This document shows positions 37,906-51,394 of a stretch of DNA of 64,000 nucleotides, piece after piece. The stretch covers positions 111,912,001 through 111,976,000 of the forward strand of contig CM059432.1 of assembly GCA_030390025.1 (NCBI GenBank). Direction: 5' to 3'. Origin of the DNA: Squalus acanthias (lineage: Eukaryota). The notes below the pieces were generated by a model. The model saw only the letters and a list, made by a program, of their open reading frames with translations. It searched no databases and had not been told where the DNA came from. Within the stretch, counting starts at the first letter, position 1. Every line of letters begins with the position of its first letter. A program made the position numbers and the translations under genes.

Positions 37906-39647
37906 AGATGGAATCCCCGCTGAGGCACTAAAGCATGGCGGAGAAGCACTACTGGCGCGAATTCATGAACTCATTTCTCTTATATGGAAGGAGGAGAGCA
38001 TGCCAGGGGATCTCAGAGATACCGTAATTGTGACCATCTTCAAGAAAGGTGACAAGTCCGATTGCGGTAATTACAGAGGAGTTTCCCTGCTGTCTGCCAC
38101 AGGGAAAGTCATCGCAAGGATCCTCCACAATCGTCTTCTCCCAGTGGCCGAAGAGCTCCTCCCAGAGTCGCAATGCGGATTCCGCCCACTAAGGGGCACA
38201 ATGGACATGATCTTCACCGCACATCAATTACAAGAGAAATGCAGGGAACAGCACCAACCGCTGTACATGGCCTTCTTTGATCTCACAAAGGCCTTCGACA
38301 CTGTCAACCGTGAGGGATTATGGAGTGTCCTCCGCAAATTCGGCTGCCCTCAAAAGTTTGTCACCATCCTCCGCCTGCTTCACGATGACATGCAAGCCAT
38401 GATCCTGACCAACGGTTCCACCACAGACACAATTCACGTACGAACCGGGGTCAAGCAAGGCTATGTCATTGCACCAACGCTCTTCTCAATCTTCCTTGCT
38501 GCAATGCTCCATCTCACCCTCAGTAAGTTCCCCACTGGAGTGGAGCTAATTTACAGAACAAACGGGAAACTGTTCAACCTCCGTCACCTCCAGTCCAGAT
38601 CCAAGGTCGTCCCATCCTCTGTCATCGAATTACAGTATGCAGACGACGCTTGCGTCTGCGCTCACTCGGAGGTCGAACTCCAAACCATCGTCAACACCTT
38701 CACCGAAGCGTACGAGAGCATGGGCCTTACACTAAACATCCGTAAGACAAAGGTCCTCTACCAACCTGCCCCCGCCACACAGTACTGCCCCCCGATTATC
38801 AAAATCCACGACAAGGCCTTGGACAACGTGGACCACTTTCCATACCTCGGGAGCCTACTGTCAACAAGGGCAGACGTCGACGACAAAGTCCAACACCGCC
38901 TTCAGTGCGCCAGTGCAGCCTTCGGTCGCCTGAGGAAGAGAGTGTTTGAAGACCAGGACCTCAAACCCAGCACTAAGCTCATGGTCTACAGAGCAGCAGT
39001 GATACCCACCCTGCTGTATGCCTCAGAGACATGGACCATGTACAGCAGGCACCTCAAAGCACTGGAGAGGTACCACCAACGCTGCCTCCACAAGATCCTG
39101 CAAATCCATTGGCAGGATAGGCGCACCAACGTCAGTGTTCTTGCTCAGGCCAACATCCCCAGCATCGAAGCTTTGACCACGCTCGATCAGCTCCGATGGA
39201 CGGGTCACATTGTCCGCATGCCCGATACGAGACTCCCAAAACAAGCGCTCTACTCGGAGCTCCGGCACGGCACGAGAGCCCCAGGTGGGCAGAGGAAACG
39301 CTTCAAGGACACCCTCAAAGCCTCCTTGAAAAAGTGTAACATCCCCACCGACACCTAGGAATCCCTGGCCCAAGACCGCACAAAGTGGGGGAGAAGCATG
39401 CAGGAAGGCGCCAAACACCTCGAGTCTCTTCGCCGGGAGCAAGCGGAAGCCAAGCGCAGGCAGCGCAAGGAGCGCACGTCAATCCAAGCACCCCACCCAC
39501 CTGCCCCTTCAACCACCGTCTGCCCCACCTGTGATAGAGACTGTAGGTCCCACATTGGACTCATCAGTCATCTGCGAACTCATTTTTAATGTGGAAGCAA
39601 GTCATCCTCGGTTCCGAGGGACTGCCTAAGAAGAAGAAGAAGAAGAA
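37906..39647 (+). mobile_element. RTE-clade LINE, 5'-truncated, inserted in Gypsy RT
   Basis: Uninterrupted 486-aa RT frame (DGIPAE, NYRGVSLL, QCGFR, GVKQG, YADD); one TAG at 39356-39358, then C2H2 finger CPTC..HLRTH to 39589; (GAA)n tail; ATAAC TSD. Confidence 0.95.
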
Positions 39648-41437
39648 ATAACTTTGTAGTCACCACACAAGCATACAGTTTTGTCTGCTTTGGGCAATAC
39701 CACAATCGGGGTCGCCCATTCACTTTTGTCAGATTTTACTAGCACTCCGTTCTCTCTGAGCTTCGCTAGCTCTTCCTCCACCTGACTTTTCAATGCATAG
39801 GGGACCGACCTTGCTTTACAATAGACAGGCTTCGTGTTGGACTTGATGCGGATATGCGCGTCATACCCAGTGATGCCCTCATAACTGTCTGTGAACATGC
39901 TTTCGTACTTGTTCAGCATTGTGCTGAGTCGCTTCTTTGAAGCATCTACACTGAAGATGTTTTTCCAGTCTAGTTTTAACTTTCTCAACCAGTCTTAGCC
40001 CATGAAAGTTGGCCTGTTATAGCTCGCTACAATAATAGGCAGCTTTACTGACTGGCCATTGTGTTGAACTGTACATTCCATTTGTCCACATGTCTCTAGG
40101 ATTTCTCGGAGTAGGTTTTTAACTCTACGGTACTCTTTGTAGGTGGTACTTGATTAAACTTACTCTCATATGTGTCGTTACTCATGATAGAGCAGTCCGC
40201 CGCCGTATCAATACACATATCAATATATTGCTCATTGATCAAAAGTTTTGTGTGGAAGTCTTTCTCATGACTGCTAGTGTTGCCGCTAGTGGCATAGATA
40301 CTGTAGATGCCTAGTTCTTCAACATCAGGTGTGTTCACTTCAATATCGTGAACTCCTCCCTTTTGTTGTCGCTGCTTTGCATTGCCACTAGAATGGTTCT
40401 TACTTCCTGCTTTAGATCTAGCTCTGCAAGCTGTTGAAATATGGCCTTGCTTCTGGCAGTGAAAGCACTTCACATTTCTGTGTTGGCAGGACTGTGTTGA
40501 GTGATTTCTATTGCAGCGATAACAAATCACTGAACTGCTCTCACCGACATGTTTTTGACTTGGTCTCACAGTTTTAGGTTTGGCTGTGGCTTTGTGACTG
40601 TAGACCTCTGCTGCACTAGTCACTTGGAGTTGGACGGAGCTCCCTAGCATTCTTACACGCCATCTCCATAGATAGGGCCATTTTGCATGCTATGTCAAAC
40701 GTTAGATTCAGAGTGTTCAGTAACTTGGACTGTGTGCGCTCATCCACCAGTCCACACTCAAACTTATCTTGCAACACATGATCCAAAAATGTGCTGAAGT
40801 TACAATGCAAAGACAGGTTCTTAAAAGCTATAATGTACTCACTGATGGTTTCACTTTGTTTTTGGTTTTTGGTACCAAACTTGCTATTTCTAACAGCCTT
40901 GGGTCAAAATGGTCCTCGAGTTTCTCAACAATGTCTTCAAACGACGCATCCTTCGCTTTCCCTGGTGCGAGTAGGTTTGTCAACGTTCTGTAGACATCTG
41001 GCCCGATCTCCGTTAGAAAAATTGCTTTTTTCCATTCACGAATTACTTTATTTTGAGCTTGAACATTCTCATCTGCGCCTTCGGTCTCAATAATGTTATT
41101 GGCCTTAAAAAACATCTCCATCTGCTCAATGTAAGAACTGAATGGTTCGCGAGCTCAGTCAAATATGCCGAGGCTTCCGATGAATCCCATAGGCGCAGCC
41201 ATGATTGTCCCGATCCCGTCGAACAGTGACTCAGCACGCTACCTGTGTACATGTGAGAATCAACGCCGCTGTTGCTGTGTGTACATACATGCGAAGGCAA
41301 AGCACAGACGATTCTGCATGAGCATTAACGATAAAACATCGCAAAAATTCAGTTTAGGTGTCACAAATTCACCTTAAACTTGTCCACTCGAAGGTTGAAC
41401 ACTGTGTCCTTCCATGATCCCTAAAAATGGCTTTGGG

Positions 41438-41455
41438 ATCCCATTCTCGTCGCCA
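41438..41455 (-). promoter_or_regulatory. Primer-binding site (tRNA-Ser(GCU)-like)
   Basis: rc TGGCGACGAGAATGGGAT, 3 nt inside the 5' LTR; complementary to the recalled tRNA-Ser 3' end ...ATCCCATCCTCGTCGCCA (1 mismatch). Confidence 0.8.
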
Positions 41456-41458
41456 AAA

Positions 41459-41607
41459 TGTAATATATGTGGGTAGAACAAATGAAGGACAGAGACACGA
41501 TGATTTGCTAGTCCATGCGCTTGCTTTATTAGGCCAGAGCGAACTGAGCATGCTCATACTAAGCCATGTGACAAACCATGTGACAAACCATGTGATAATA
41601 CATTACA
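41459..41607 (-). repeat. Gypsy 5' LTR
   Basis: Adjacent to PBS; followed by TSD CATGC. Confidence 0.95.
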
Positions 41608-42019
41608 CATGCCAAGATGGTGCAGTCCGAAGCTGGGCCTTCTAGGCCCAGAGCTCCTCGAGGTCGTCCTCTAAGGCCATCTGCAGTGTCCCCCACTGAA
41701 AGTCCGCAGCCTTCCACCAGCTGTGCTGCAGCCACTGGGGTAGCACTTCATAGGAGCACTAGGACAGGCAAAGGCACATGGAAGTCAGGCACTAAGGGAA
41801 TGCACAAGGGTGATTAGTTGATGTTTGTATGCAATATGGTGTGGTTGATTTATAAATTTGGTTTGGAATGTTTATTTTGTGTTGGCTTTTATTTTTGCAT
41901 TGTGGCCACTGTGATGGTCAGTAACAGAGGTCTGCGCTTCACCAAGGACATCCTCGCTGAAATCTGCCACCTGCTGCAGCCACAACTGCAACATCAGAGC
42001 AGGGTGACTTTATGACAAC

Positions 42020-43895
42020 TGCACCCATTTGGCTCAGTGGCAACACTCTCATCTCTGAGTATGAAAGTCGTAGGTCCGATCCCCTTTCCAGACACTTGAG
42101 CACAAAATCTACACTGACAGTTCAGTACAGTACTGAGAGCGTGCTGCATTGTTGGAGGGTCCATCTGTCAGATGAGAGATTAAACCCAGGTCCTGTCAAT
42201 TGAGTCATAGAGTCATAGAGTTATACAGCACGGATAGAGGCCCTTCGGCCCATCGTGTCCACGCCGGCCATCAAGCCCTGTCTAATCTAATCCCATATTC
42301 CAGCATTTGGTCCGTAGCCTTGTATGCTATGGCATTTCAAGTGCTCATCCAAATGCTTCTTGAATGTTGTGAGGGTTCCTGCCTCCACAACCCTTTCAGG
42401 CAGTGAGTTCCAGACTCCAACCACCCTCTGGTGAAAAAGTTATTTCTCAAATCCCTTCTAAACCTCCCGCCCTTTACCTTGAATCTATGCCCCCTTGTTA
42501 TAGACCCCTCTACTAAGGGAAAAAGCTCCTTAGTATCCATCCTATCTATGCCCCTCATAATTTTGTACACCTCAATCATGTCCCCCCTCAGCCTCCTCTG
42601 CTCCAAGGAAAACAAACCCAATCTGCCCAGTCTCTCTTCATAGCTGAAGTACTCCAGCCCGGGTAACATTCTGGTGAATCTCCTCTGCACCCTCTCCAAA
42701 GCTATCACATCCTTCCTGTAGTGTGGCGACCAGAACTGCACACAGTATTCCAGATGTGGCCTAACCAGTGTTTTATACAGCTCCATCATAACCTCCTTGC
42801 TCTTATATTCTATGCCTCGGCTAATGAATGCAAGTATCCCATATGCCTTTTTTACCACCTTATCCACCTGTTCCGCCGCCTTCAGGGATCTGTGTACTTG
42901 CACACCAAGATCCCTCTGACCCTCCGTCTTGCCTAGGGTCTTACCATTCATTGTGTATTCCCTTGCCTTGTTAGTCCCTCCAAAGTGCATCACCTCGCAC
43001 TTTTCCGGATTAAATTCCATTTGCCACTGTTCCGCCCATCTGACCAAACCATCTATATCGTCCTGCAGACTGAGGCTACCCTCCTCGCTATTTACCACCC
43101 TACCAATTTTTGTATCATCCGCGAACTTACTGATCATACCTTTTACATTCATATCCAAGTCGTTAATGTAGACCACAAACAGCAAGGGACCCAGCACCGA
43201 TCCCTGTGGTACCCCACTGGCCACAGGCTTCCAGTCACAAAAACAACCTTCGACCATCACCCTCTGCCTTCTGCCACTGAGCCAGTTTTGTATCCAATGT
43301 GCCAAGGCACCCTGGATTCCATGGGCTCTTACCTTCTTGACCAGTCTCCTGTGCGGGACTTTATCGAAGGCCTTACTGAAATCCATGTATACCACATCCA
43401 CTGCGTTACCCTCATCCACACACCTAGTCACCCCCTCAAAAAATTCAATCAAATTAGTCAGACATGATCTTCCCTTGACAAAGCCATGTTGGCTAACCCT
43501 GATTAATCCTTGCCTCTCCAAGTGGAGACTAATTTTGTCCCTCAGAATTTTTTCCAATAATTTTCGTACCACTGATGTTAGGCTCACTGGCCTGTAGTTC
43601 CCCGGTTTTTCCCTACTCCCTTTCTTGAATAATGGTACTACATATAAAATCCTATGGCATTATTTGAAGAATAACAAGAGAGTTGTTCTGGCCAAAATTT
43701 ATCCCTCAACTAACACACTAAAAAAATCATATTAACTGTCATTTATCTCTTTGCTGTTTGTGGGATCTTGCTGCACGTAAATTAATTGCTACGTTACATT
43801 GCAACAACGACTATGCTTCAAAATAATTTTTTAGCTGTCAAGCACTTTGGGATATCCTGAGGACACAAAAGCGCTATATAAATGCAACTTCTTAC
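42020..43895 (+). mobile_element. Deu-domain SINE split by CR1 (42020-42198 + 43645-43895)
   Basis: Colinear with 56198-56660. Confidence 0.8.
42203..43642 (-). mobile_element. CR1 LINE, 5'-truncated, with open 416-aa RT frame
   Basis: [32 protein letters not shown]; (ATGACTCT)n tail. Confidence 0.95.
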
Positions 43896-45939
43896 TGTAG
43901 TTTTTCTTAAGTAATGTATCTTAAAATATGGCTTGCACTTAGAACTTTTTTACTTTCAAAAAGGGATAATCAGCATCTATTGTAAACATTTCTGCAAGGT
44001 GACAGCTAACAGACTTTCATTAGTTATTTCTAAATGAATACACTCAAACTAAATGACATTTTTTCAGGGTAGTAGTATTTACAACAATTGAAAGGTTATC
44101 TGAACAGTTATCATCAGCTAATGTGGCTGACAAGCACAAGGTTTAGTTGAAACCTTTCTTCAATATTGACTGTTTGTAACTGCTTTCATAACCATTCTAC
44201 TGTAGAAATATTGTACTTTTATGCTCGGCATGAAATAGATTTTTTGAACTGATAAAAGTATAGTTCTTTTAAACTGTGGCAGGTTGTACTGTAAAACCGC
44301 GAGGACACCAGCCATAAACAGCCTGTCAGAACCTTTATATTGGCACTAGGACCTGAGACTGAAACCAATGGCTAAGTAAAGCAGTGAAAGGTCATGCAAG
44401 ATTCTGCTAACGTCTGAGGGAATGAACCTCCTAGCCAATAGTACTGAAGGTTTTTATAAACACTCTTTTTAAAAGCCTTCTGGATTCATGGTTTCCAAAA
44501 ATATTGTTCTTATTGTCGCTAGAACAATAGGAATTATGAAGGCAGGATTCTAGCTGTACATGAAATGGTTATCTTCTTATTGATGGACAGGATTATGAAT
44601 CTGAACTGGACAGATGATAAAAACTTTGGCATATTAATATACTCATTGTAGACTTTAACACCCAGTAATAGCCAAGAAGCAACAATAGTAGAGGACATTT
44701 TAGAATATTTAAAACCAATTTCTCCCCACTACTTCTGCTGAAGACTATTACTGGGTATGGTTCCACAGACACTAAAAACCTTCCATTATGTCACCTAAGT
44801 TTTGGAGGGAGAGAAGTGTTGGGCTGTGCTGCTACTGCCTTTGTTAAGATAATCATCACTCCTCAGGTTCTTCTCCCCTCAACTAATTGTAATGAAAATT
44901 AAATATTTTCAAAGAGATAAAATGAGCTGTTCTGAAGTTTATACACAGGATATGGAAAACTGAATTAGCCAAGTCATATTGTTATCCTTGTAAAGAGGCA
45001 TCAATTGTTACCCTATTAGTATCATCTGATGGTTCAGAAGGAATAGCTCTGCCCTTTCCTAGCCTCTTTGATGTGGGTGAAGATGGAAGAGTGTTTTGCA
45101 ATGCTCCCCACCAATAGTTTTAATTCAGAGTCATATCTTGGAAGAGGAGATGTGTCCTAATCACATCAGTAGTAATACAGGGATCTCTGTTCTCCACCCC
45201 TCCCCCATCTGACCTTACTATTGCTGCAGAGGTCTGTCTTTCTCACTTTCACTTTTGTCTTCTATCACCACATTTCCTGGCCTTTCCGTTACATGTTTCA
45301 GCTTGTTAACTTGCTCTTGTTCAATTTTACCTATCCAATCTAAAGTTCACCAACAACATCCAAACTGAGGTCTAATACTGAACATGAAGATGGCCAGATA
45401 CTTCTGACCTCAGGTCTGTATTACCCTGCACTTTATTATTATTACCTCTTTCAGAAAAATATATTTTGTATCAAAACTTGGACAATGTTTATTTACACAC
45501 AGACAATATGTGATATGAGTCAAAAAATTTACTGCTGAAAAATAATTTGGAAAGCACACTTTGCAAACTTTGATCCATGCACATTTTTATGAGATCTAAC
45601 ATTAATCAGGTAGCTACAATCTGTTACAATACTGCTCCCTATTATTATATTCTGTATAAAATCATATTATTGTCGAGATATTTAGACATAAATCTATTAA
45701 ACTGGAAGAAAGAAATATGTGTGATTGTGAATACTCCAAGTAACATGTTCAAATGTTAACATCATTGCCATTGAATAAAATAAAAATGAATTTGCTGTGA
45801 CATGGGTGACTCAGCATAATTATGGCTTTATTTAAGGTGGTTGGACGTCTGAGTACAGGTGAAACAAGTTTCAAGTAGAATCCAGTGCTGAAATTATGAA
45901 ATCACTCCATCAGGCTTCTTAATTTCTTAACTTTCCCCC

Positions 45940-46275
45940 CTTTTCTTCTGACGATGCTGACTTGTGGTTGAGTATGGGTCCGTGCGCACTGACTCCTGTA
46001 TCTCAGCCAAGTGTCCATTCTTCAAGTGTGAATTTGAACAAGTAGCATTGCCAGTATTCTCAATTGTGGGGGATTCACAGATGAGCCAACATCAATGCAT
46101 TACATTTTCCAATAGGGATCAGGGTGACAATCCGGAGTGGCTGATTATTTTTATTCTCACTCCCTTGCACAGGGATGCTGAGGCTCAATACAACACCCCT
46201 GCTTCCACCTGGGACCCACTTGATCTGAATGGCTCAGTACCAAATCAAGGACTGCATTTACTAACTGAGCCATTC
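45940..46275 (-). mobile_element. Old tRNA-derived SINE remnant
   Basis: rc AATGGCTCAGTTAGTAAATG..GGTACTGAGCCA..CCCAGGT head; similar decayed pieces near 44710-44890 and 9700-9890. Confidence 0.4.
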
Positions 46276-49031
46276 GAGCAAGGTCCCAACAGGTTTCAAA
46301 TTGAATTAAACAAGATTTCCACCTGATGCTAAAGTGGCCATCGACAAAATCACTGCCTCACAATGCAAGAATAAATATATCAATCCCACACTCCAGTACA
46401 GAGTCATGCTTGAAGGGAGCATGGGTTGGGGAATCATGTTACAGTGTTGTAGACCTATCTCCAACCCACACTCCCTTCAAGTGCAGTATAGATAAACTTA
46501 CCCTATACAGCCATCATAGACCTAAGAGTAATGCATTAAAATTGGGCTCTTTGAATATTAACATATAAATATTACATTTGGTATTAAATTCCCTTTTCTA
46601 CTACTTTAATATTTTGAAATAAACAGGTTAAGTCTGTTAGGAATTTCATATGTGTTACCATTTATATTCTAACATTCAGAGATCGGAATTTCAAGGAGTA
46701 GATTCTGCATTCAGTTATTCCAATCATTAAGAGCCATCATTCTATAGCTTTTCATCCTGATGTGGTTTAATCCTGATACACTATTTATGGATTGATTGTT
46801 GATATGAAATAACAAATGTGGATTTCAAATTGTTTCAGGGTTGCGTAGTTTAGAACACTATGAAGAAGAGTTGCGAAGTAGCTATGGTACAAATTTTTTG
46901 TAGTTTCTAGAAGTCTTATTTTCCATCGATCATAAACAAGATTAATATTTAAAATTGTCATTGTACAGTTTAAGGCACTGTATATTACTCAAGTCCATAT
47001 TGGGTAAAAGCTGATAATTCACTCAGCTCTTGTACAGTATGGCTGATGTGCGTCTCAGTATTAGGTGCTATACATGAATGCTATAAACTGGTTAGTTTTT
47101 ATGCTTCTCATAACAGAGTGGCTGATATCTCAGAACTGAACAAGCTATACTTGTGCCAGAGCAACCAATATTTATTGATTGGGAATTTCAGATATGTAAA
47201 ACAGCTAGATAAACAAAATCTTTCTGCCATAAAAATGGTGTACGTCTCCTCCACAGATGTTTCACTAGGTTCGGTATAAAATGTGTCACCTTTTACCAGT
47301 TGCATGCAGAGTTGGATTAAGAATTCTTGGGGCCCCTCTGCACCCCGCGCACACTTCACCTGACAAAAACTTACCCCAATGGAGAAGGCTGGGCTGCTGC
47401 TCTGCGGCGCTGGGACTTGCAGGCATTGATGGGCGGCTTCTTGTTCCAATGAGATTCGGGATGGGGAGGCTGGGTTCCTTGTGTTGTAACAGATGGGCTG
47501 ACTATTGGGCACGGCTTACTGCCCCAGTCAAGGGGCCCATATTTAGCTGCATCTTCTAAGTCCGTGTGTTAATACGCTCCTGGGTGAATGCTCTGTTTGT
47601 CTCCTGTATTGAGCAGTCATCTGACTTAAGAAGCCAATACAGATCAGCTAGAAAACTGACTATTTACTCCAGGTTTCAATGCACATAAAACTTGAGATGA
47701 TCAGTGATGAATGCCCTTGTACATCCAAATAAGCAAATTTGAGGACTTATTTAATGTTGAAGAGGGTGAATATCTTGAGCAATAAAGTATTATTATTGGA
47801 TGGTTGACTGCTTCTGTTGGTCATATCTTCAACCCAACATTTCTGTGCATAATGTAGATTCAAGTCCATTCCCTAATGTGTGGATCATTGCTAGATCCCA
47901 TTTACAAACAACCTACAGTGTGTCGAAAGATCCATTGATAATTGTATGCTAATCACATTTGTTCAGTATTTTTGATAACTCAAGTCAGTCACTCAGCAGT
48001 AAGGCTGTATTATCATGCAAGACTAAAAGCCAAGGAACTCGTTCTAATCAGACTGTGAGTTTTGTTAAAAAATGTTTTTTTTTAATTTACAGGTGATGAG
48101 AGAACCTTTCACTCAAGCACAAAACTGGGCCAATCCAATGAGTTGTGCAACTCATGATTTTTTTAAATCAAAGCCATCGTGGTCAGTTGTCTTATTTGCG
48201 GGCCAGATGTCAAATGTTTTTAATTGAAGTACTGACTGAGGCTAATTGAGAAGAGGTTACTGAGCTTGTGAAAACACTTTGGGTCAGGACCAGGAACAAT
48301 ATTTTTTCTCCTGGGTTTAATACGTAAAATTATTAACCATAATCACTGCTAACTTCAACCTAATGAAAGAAAAACATTTATACATTGGTCACAGATGACA
48401 TTAACCGGGAGAAAGGATACAGAACGAAAAACAAGCCTGCAGACTTATTAAACAGACGTCCCTCGTACAAAAAATCTAACAAGAAGGGCATGGGGTTGCG
48501 ATGGCTGAAGTCCAAGAGAATCACAGTCAAGACCACACAGATGGAAGAGATAAAAAACCTCTGTTACCCCTGACAATGCACAGCCTTTTTCTCTGAATCT
48601 GGGAGTTTCAGTAACAAGCCACCTGCATCCAAGTGACATCTTGGAGAGAAAGGGCAGGACTGATTAGTCTGTGCTACTGCATATTATCATATATCACCTG
48701 CAGTTTCATGTCTCACTCAGTAAGACAGATTTCATCTGTCATCTACCAAGAATCTACTGAGGCTCCCAGATTCAGAGAATCTGACTGTTCTATCTCCTTC
48801 TGTTACAATGGGAGGAATAGAACGGGGAGAAAGTACAGCTAACACAAGGCCACTGGCTAAACAGTATGCTTCAGATGTAATGTAGTAATGAATAAATTAC
48901 TACAAAATTTATAGTAAGGAATGTGGCTGTCACGAATACAGTAATATCCAGAATGGTTAGTAATTTTTGTGCTAATTTTAAAGTAAGTTATAAATGTGAT
49001 CCCCATTCTATAACAGCTGAACTGCATCTCT

Positions 49032-50333
49032 CGGCTGAAAATTGGGGGGTTTAGCGCCACCCGTTACCGCCAGATTCTGGCGAAAAAATGGCAGCCGGCG
49101 CTCTTCCGCCAACTGCTGGCGAGTCCTGTGGCGCCCGCAATTTTCGGATGGTTGGCAGCATTGCCGATATCAGCGCTCACAAAGCTCACTTGATGCCCGA
49201 TCTGCGAGTTTGGACTTCACCATTCAACCTACCGGCATGCCTTAAGTGCGACGAGCCCAGCACACATTGAGAAGCAGGAAGGAGGCTCCAGCAGCAGTCT
49301 TTAAAGGGATCATCAGCAACTACTTGCAGCTGACATGTTTCCGCAGTTTGACTGGCTCTGTGTAACTTTCTGCAACTCCAGCAGCTTTATAAACTTCTGT
49401 CAAGGTTCTAGGGTAACAGGGAGTGTTGTTGCAAGTGGACAATGCCTTCATTCTTATTTAAAGGCTTCTGCTCACAACACTTGCTCACAGTCATGGGGGC
49501 TCTACTTGCAGTCCCCTCGCGCTCGAGTATCTTAGGGAGAGGGAGCGGAGGCAGCGAAGAAGAGGAGAAACAGACCATCGGGTTCCGCTGCCTTGACCGC
49601 TCGGGAGGAGCCCTTCAGTACACGCCAGAGCGGGTGTGCCTCACAACTTGGGCATCATGAGGGCGCAGCCCTTGCTAGCAGGGATTGCGTGACCACCTCA
49701 GGAGGAGGACGAGGGAGAGGAGGAGGAGGAAGAGAAAGATGAGCAAGAGGAAGAGGACAAGGAGGAAGGTAGGAGGCAGGCAGCCAATCCTCCTTCCGGA
49801 CAGGCTGTCCGTGAGCAGCTCATCAGACTCCGCTTCCAATGAATGAACCCCCAGATCCCCGTTGCTCACCACATCCCCATTATACCATCCCTCTGTCACG
49901 GAATATCACAGCATTCACCTGGGCACAAAGCTGAAAGGAGAGCCATCACAAAAGATTCCAAACAAAATTAATAAATTTATCAAAAATCAAATCACACATA
50001 TTTACACTTACAATATGAACGAATCACCCTTGTGCAATCCCTCAGTGCCTGTCATTCGGGTGCCCTTTCCTGTCCTAGTGCTCCTACACAGTGCTCCCCC
50101 AGTGGCTGCAGCATGGCTGGTGGAAGGCTGCTGAGTTTCCATGAAGGAGATTTCAGATGGCCTTGCAGGACGATCTCAAGCAGCTCTGGCCCTAGAAGGC
50201 CCGGCTGCAGACTGCACCACCTCGGCATGTCTGGGCTAGCTGGCTGAGAGCGGCGGACTGGCAGTGGTGGGAACAGGAATGCTGTCATCCTGAGAGAGGA
50301 CAACAGATTCCTACTCCAGTGACCCAGTGACTG
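49032..50333 (+). mobile_element. Harbinger element with internally deleted transposase (49493-49842) and convergent Myb-gene 3' end (~50030-50333)
   Basis: MGALLAVP.. joined to FRCLDRSGGALQYTPERV..HNLGIMRAQPL..acidic run..GQAVREQLIRLRFQ*; - strand similar to 61850-62150. Confidence 0.85.
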
Positions 50334-51394
50334 AACAACAACAACAACTTGTATTTATATAGCGCCTTTAACATTGTAAAATGTCCCAAGGTGCTTCACA
50401 GGAGCGATTATCAAAAAAAATTTGACCCCGAGCCACATAAGGAGATATTAGGGCAGATGACCAAGAGCTTGGTCAAAGAGGTAGGTTTTAAAGGAGGAAA
50501 GAGAGGTAGACAGACGGAGAGGTTTAGGGAGGGAATTCCAGAGCTTAAGGCCTTGGCAGCTGAAGGAACAGCTGCCAATAGTGGAGTGATTAAAATCGGG
50601 GATGCTCAACAGGCCAGAATTAGAGGAGCGCAGATATCTCAGAGGGTTGTGGGGCTGGAGGAAAATAGAGATAGTGAGGGATTTGAAAACAAGGATGATA
50701 ATTTTAAAATCAAGACGTTGCTTAACTGATAATGTAGGTCAGCGAGGACAGGGGAGATGGGTGAACGGGACCTGGTGTGAGTTAGGACACGGGCAGCCGA
50801 TGACCTCAAGTTTACGGAGGGTAGAACATGGGAGCCCAGCCAGGATTGTGTTAGAATATTGAAATCTAGAGGTAATAAAAGCATGGATGAGAGTTTCAGC
50901 AGCAGATGAGCTAAGGCAGGGGCAGAGTCAAGCAATATTCCGGAGGTGGAAATAGGCAGTCTTAGTAATGGCGCGGATATGTGGTCGGAAGCTCATCTCA
51001 GAGTCAAATGATTGCCAAGATTGCGAACAGTCTGGTTCAGCCTCAAACAGTTGCCAGGGAGCGGGATGGAGTTGATGGCTAGGGAACGGAGTTTGTGGTG
51101 GGGACCGAAGACAATGGGCTGGATTTTGATTCAGGGGCGGGTTGGGGTCTTGTAATCTGCATTCCGTGTTAGCCACTCGAATCTAAATCGATGTGGGAGA
51201 TTGATGCGATTTTAACATAATTGGCCAATTGAGTTCCAATGTGTGGAAACCCATGGCCAGTGAGTTTTTCCAGTCTGAAAGTCACTTCCGATGACGTCAT
51301 TATTGCTGCAGCATTTAAGGTCTGCAACAAGCCTTGCTTCCTCTGCAGACTGCCAAGCTTCTGCCTTTGCATGATAGAGGCACCTGCAGGAAGA

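Larger units (their letters stand above)
35781..41607 (-). mobile_element. Gypsy (Mag-like) LTR retrotransposon, decayed
   Basis: LTRs 35781-35927 and 41459-41607 (TGTAAT...ATTACA), TSD CATGC, PBS, PPT rc AAGGGGGAAAGCAG; gag with two Zn knuckles, protease IDTAAD, RT WATPIVV/CGDYK/NQDDVLI, integrase LVSDNDPQF. Confidence 0.95.
33624..42005 (+). mobile_element. Harbinger family C, copy 1; decayed 3-exon Myb/SANT gene 33936-41817 interrupted by a solo LTR and a Gypsy element
   Basis: APRFPDAALEALV..QCRKKFNDL; DKVAHNRRQQELT; colinear with 59940-62255; transposase fragment LRFTKDILAEICHLLQPQLQ at ~41925-42005. Confidence 0.85.
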
